A stretch of DNA of 64,000 nt from Malacoraja senta. Taxonomy: Eukaryota. A program made the position numbers and the translations under genes. The DNA lies in the NCBI GenBank assembly GCA_038087875.1, contig CM075990.1, positions 5,458,001 to 5,522,000 on the forward strand. Reading direction: 5' to 3'. The notes under the pieces were generated by a model that was not told the DNA's origin, ran no database searches, and saw nothing but the letters and a program-made list of their open reading frames with translations. Of the stretch, positions 61,624-64,000 are shown piece after piece; position 1 is the stretch's first letter; each line of letters starts with the position of its first letter.

Positions 61624-61750
61624 CTGATTGAGAGACACACAAGGTGAACTGTTTTGCCAAATGCTTCCCATCCTCGACACTTCGTGCAGCGACAGCAACT
61701 GGTCTGAGTCAGCGTGTTATTTTACCTGTCAACATTAGAAGATATTACTG

Positions 61751-61882
61751 GGGTGGGAGATTGCAACCTTCACGTGGTCCGCCCTGTTTCGACGAATGCA
61801 ATCAACCTGGCGTGCACAATCAAATAAGATCAAATAGAACAAGTTGTCCTACAACTTTAGGCTGTGCACGCCATACGCAAGA
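61751..61882 (+). mobile_element. 132-bp retroposon ending CCATACGCAAGAAG
   Basis: 14-bp TSD AGAAGATATTACTG at 61737 and 61883. Confidence 0.75.
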
Positions 61883-62103
61883 AGAAGATATTACTGACTC
61901 CTGCATGCCGCTGAACTGGGTAACTGAAAATAGACACAAAAAGCTGGAGTAACTCAGCAGGTCAGACAGCATCTCTGGAGAAAAGGAATAGGTGGAGCTT
62001 CAGGTTGAGACCATCTTCAGACTGAGAGTCAGGGGAGAGGGAAAGGAGAGATATAGACGGTGATATAGAACTGAAAATTCTGTTTTCACTTTGAGGCAAC
62101 TTA

Positions 62104-62422
62104 TAGCCCTGTCCCACTGTACGAGTTCATTCAAGAGTTCTCCCAAGTTTGCCCTGATTCGAACTCGGACATTTACGGTAATGGCCGCTCGCAGGTACTC
62201 GGGGCTCTCGTGGACATTTTTCAACATGTTGAAAAATCTTCACGAGTTTTCCCGAACTTACCGCGTTTCCCGAGTACCTGCCGTTAGCGTTACGAGCCGC
62301 TAAGAGACGTCCCCAAGCTCTGACGTACCCGCTACGTTCATTCTACGTGCTTACCACGAGTTTGATTTTTTTTTTAAACTCGGGAGAGCTCTTCAATGAA
62401 CTCGTACAGTGGGACAGGGCTA
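62104..62422. mobile_element. Harbinger-type MITE
   Basis: TIR TAGCCCTGTCCCACTGTACGAGTTCATT; flanks TTA/TAA. Confidence 0.88.
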
Positions 62423-62816
62423 TAAAAGTTAACAGATTCCAAGAAGTCTAAGGATAGCATCTCACATGCACAGCCAGCCCATAATATGAACCATTGATGT
62501 AGAATTTGATAGTTGCTGATCGGCCTACAGATTTGAACAGATAGTCCAAGCATTCAAATGATATCTGAGCACAAAACCGGAATAGTTCAAGTTTAACCAG
62601 AGAGGAAGCAAATTAATGATAAAATAGTTTCTCTGTTTAAGCAACACAGAAGGAACTATCTGAAACATGTGATACTGGTGAAAATGGAAAAAGGGGCTGC
62701 CTTGTTTTCTGTCTGAGAGAAGCATTGATACAGGCAAAGCGTTGGTAAAAAATAGCACCGCATTTATTAGACCTCAAAAATAACAATTACGATGGAAACT
62801 GCTGCAAGTCGAGTAA

Positions 62817-63710
62817 AGGGCCTGTCCCACTTTCGCGACCTTTACAGGCGACTGTGGTAGGTCGCCGAAATTTTCAACATGTTGAAAATTCAGCAGCGAT
62901 GAAAAAGACAATAGACAATAGACAATAGACAATAGGTGCAGGAGTAGGCCATTTGGCCCTTCGAGCCAGCACCGCCATTCAATGTGATCATCCCCAGTCA
63001 GTACCCCGTTCCTGCCTTCTCCCCATATCCCCTGACTCCGCTATTTTTAAGAGCCCTATCTAGCTTTCTCTTGAAAGCATCCAGAGAACCTGCCTCCACC
63101 GCCCTCTGAGGCAGAGAATTCCACAGACTCACCACTCTCTGTGTGAAAAAGTGTTTCCTCGTCTCCGTTCTAAATGGCTTACTCCTTATTCTTAAACTGT
63201 GGCCCCTGCTTCTGGACTCCCCCAACATCGGGAACATGTTTCCTGCCTCTAGCGTGTCCAAGCCCTTAACAATCTTGTATGTTTCAATGGGATCCCCCCT
63301 CATCCTTCTAAACTCCAGAGTGTACAATCCCAGCTGCTCCATTCTCTCAGCATATGACAGTCCCGCCATCCCGGGAATTAACCTTGTAAACCTACGCTGC
63401 ACTCCCTCAATAGCAAGAATGTCCTTCCTCAAATTAGAGGCTACAACTCTTTGGAGACCTCTCATGACCATAGGAGACCTCTCACGACCGTGGTCGTGAG
63501 AGGTCTCCTATGGTCGTGAGAGGTCACCCGCGACATGTCGCCAGGGGTCGCCTGTATGGTCGTGAAAGGTCTCCTACGGTCGTGGGAGGTCTCCAATGAG
63601 TCGTAGTGTCTTTCTGGTCGCCGCTGAATTTTCAGCATGTTGAAAATTTCGGCGACCTATCACGGGTGCCGGCAGTCGCCTGTAAAGGTCGCGAAAGTGG
63701 GACTGGCCCT
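62817..63710. mobile_element. Harbinger-type MITE interrupted by a CR1/HER1 fragment
   Basis: TIR AGGGCCTGTCCCACTTTCGCGACCTTTACAGGCGACTG and its complement at the right end; flanks TAA/TTA. Confidence 0.85.
62908..63433 (-). mobile_element. CR1/HER1 LINE 3' fragment
   Basis: ORF 62998-63471 carries RT C-terminal motifs; (TATTGTC)n tail. Confidence 0.92.
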
Positions 63711-64000
63711 TTACAGGTTTTCAGAGCCCAACAGCTCAGCACTGAGCATGTCCATTTAACCATGTTAGAGGTTATAATCTTGCTCCAGGGTGATAATTTT
63801 GCAACCAAGCGATATACCAAGGTTGGGATCATGACATTTACCTTAGAGATATTAAAACCCAGAAGATGATATTATACTGTCGGGGTAGAGCTGGGTGTGT
63901 GGTGCAGAGGAAAAGACAGCTAAAGTCCCATTGCAGTTCATTGATGTATCCACAGGAATGAAATAGCGGAAGTCATTTGATTTGGATGGGCAAAACAAAG

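Overview
Eukaryotic (vertebrate) genomic DNA, not prokaryotic. The repeat set (HER1/CR1-type LINE 3' ends, HE1-type V-SINEs, abundant Penelope pseudo-LTRs) points to a cartilaginous fish, probably a skate or ray; this is inference. Two spliced genes converge. (1) On +, a divergent TMEM150A-like (TMEM150/DRAM family) gene: six coding exons from 308 to 23569, first coding exon upstream of the window, last intron a U12 minor-spliceosome intron. (2) On -, a tandem EF-hand-pair protein gene with a ~236-aa internal period, possibly FAP115/CFAP115-like: seven visible exons from 61623 to 48272; reading-frame phase requires at least one more exon, probably hidden in the 200-N gap at 48764-48963. The rest is dense with transposons: a full-length Passport-type Tc1 element disabled by one nonsense codon; Penelope fragments whose pseudo-LTRs carry a minimal hammerhead ribozyme core and occur as many short TSD-flanked insertions; a PIF/Harbinger MITE family; a hAT MITE; Rex-, L2-, RTE- and Tx1-type LINE remnants; and micro/minisatellites. 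Most entries in the ORF track are chance or repeat ORFs. All boundaries were read by eye: exon boundaries are checked for phase, repeat boundaries are approximate.
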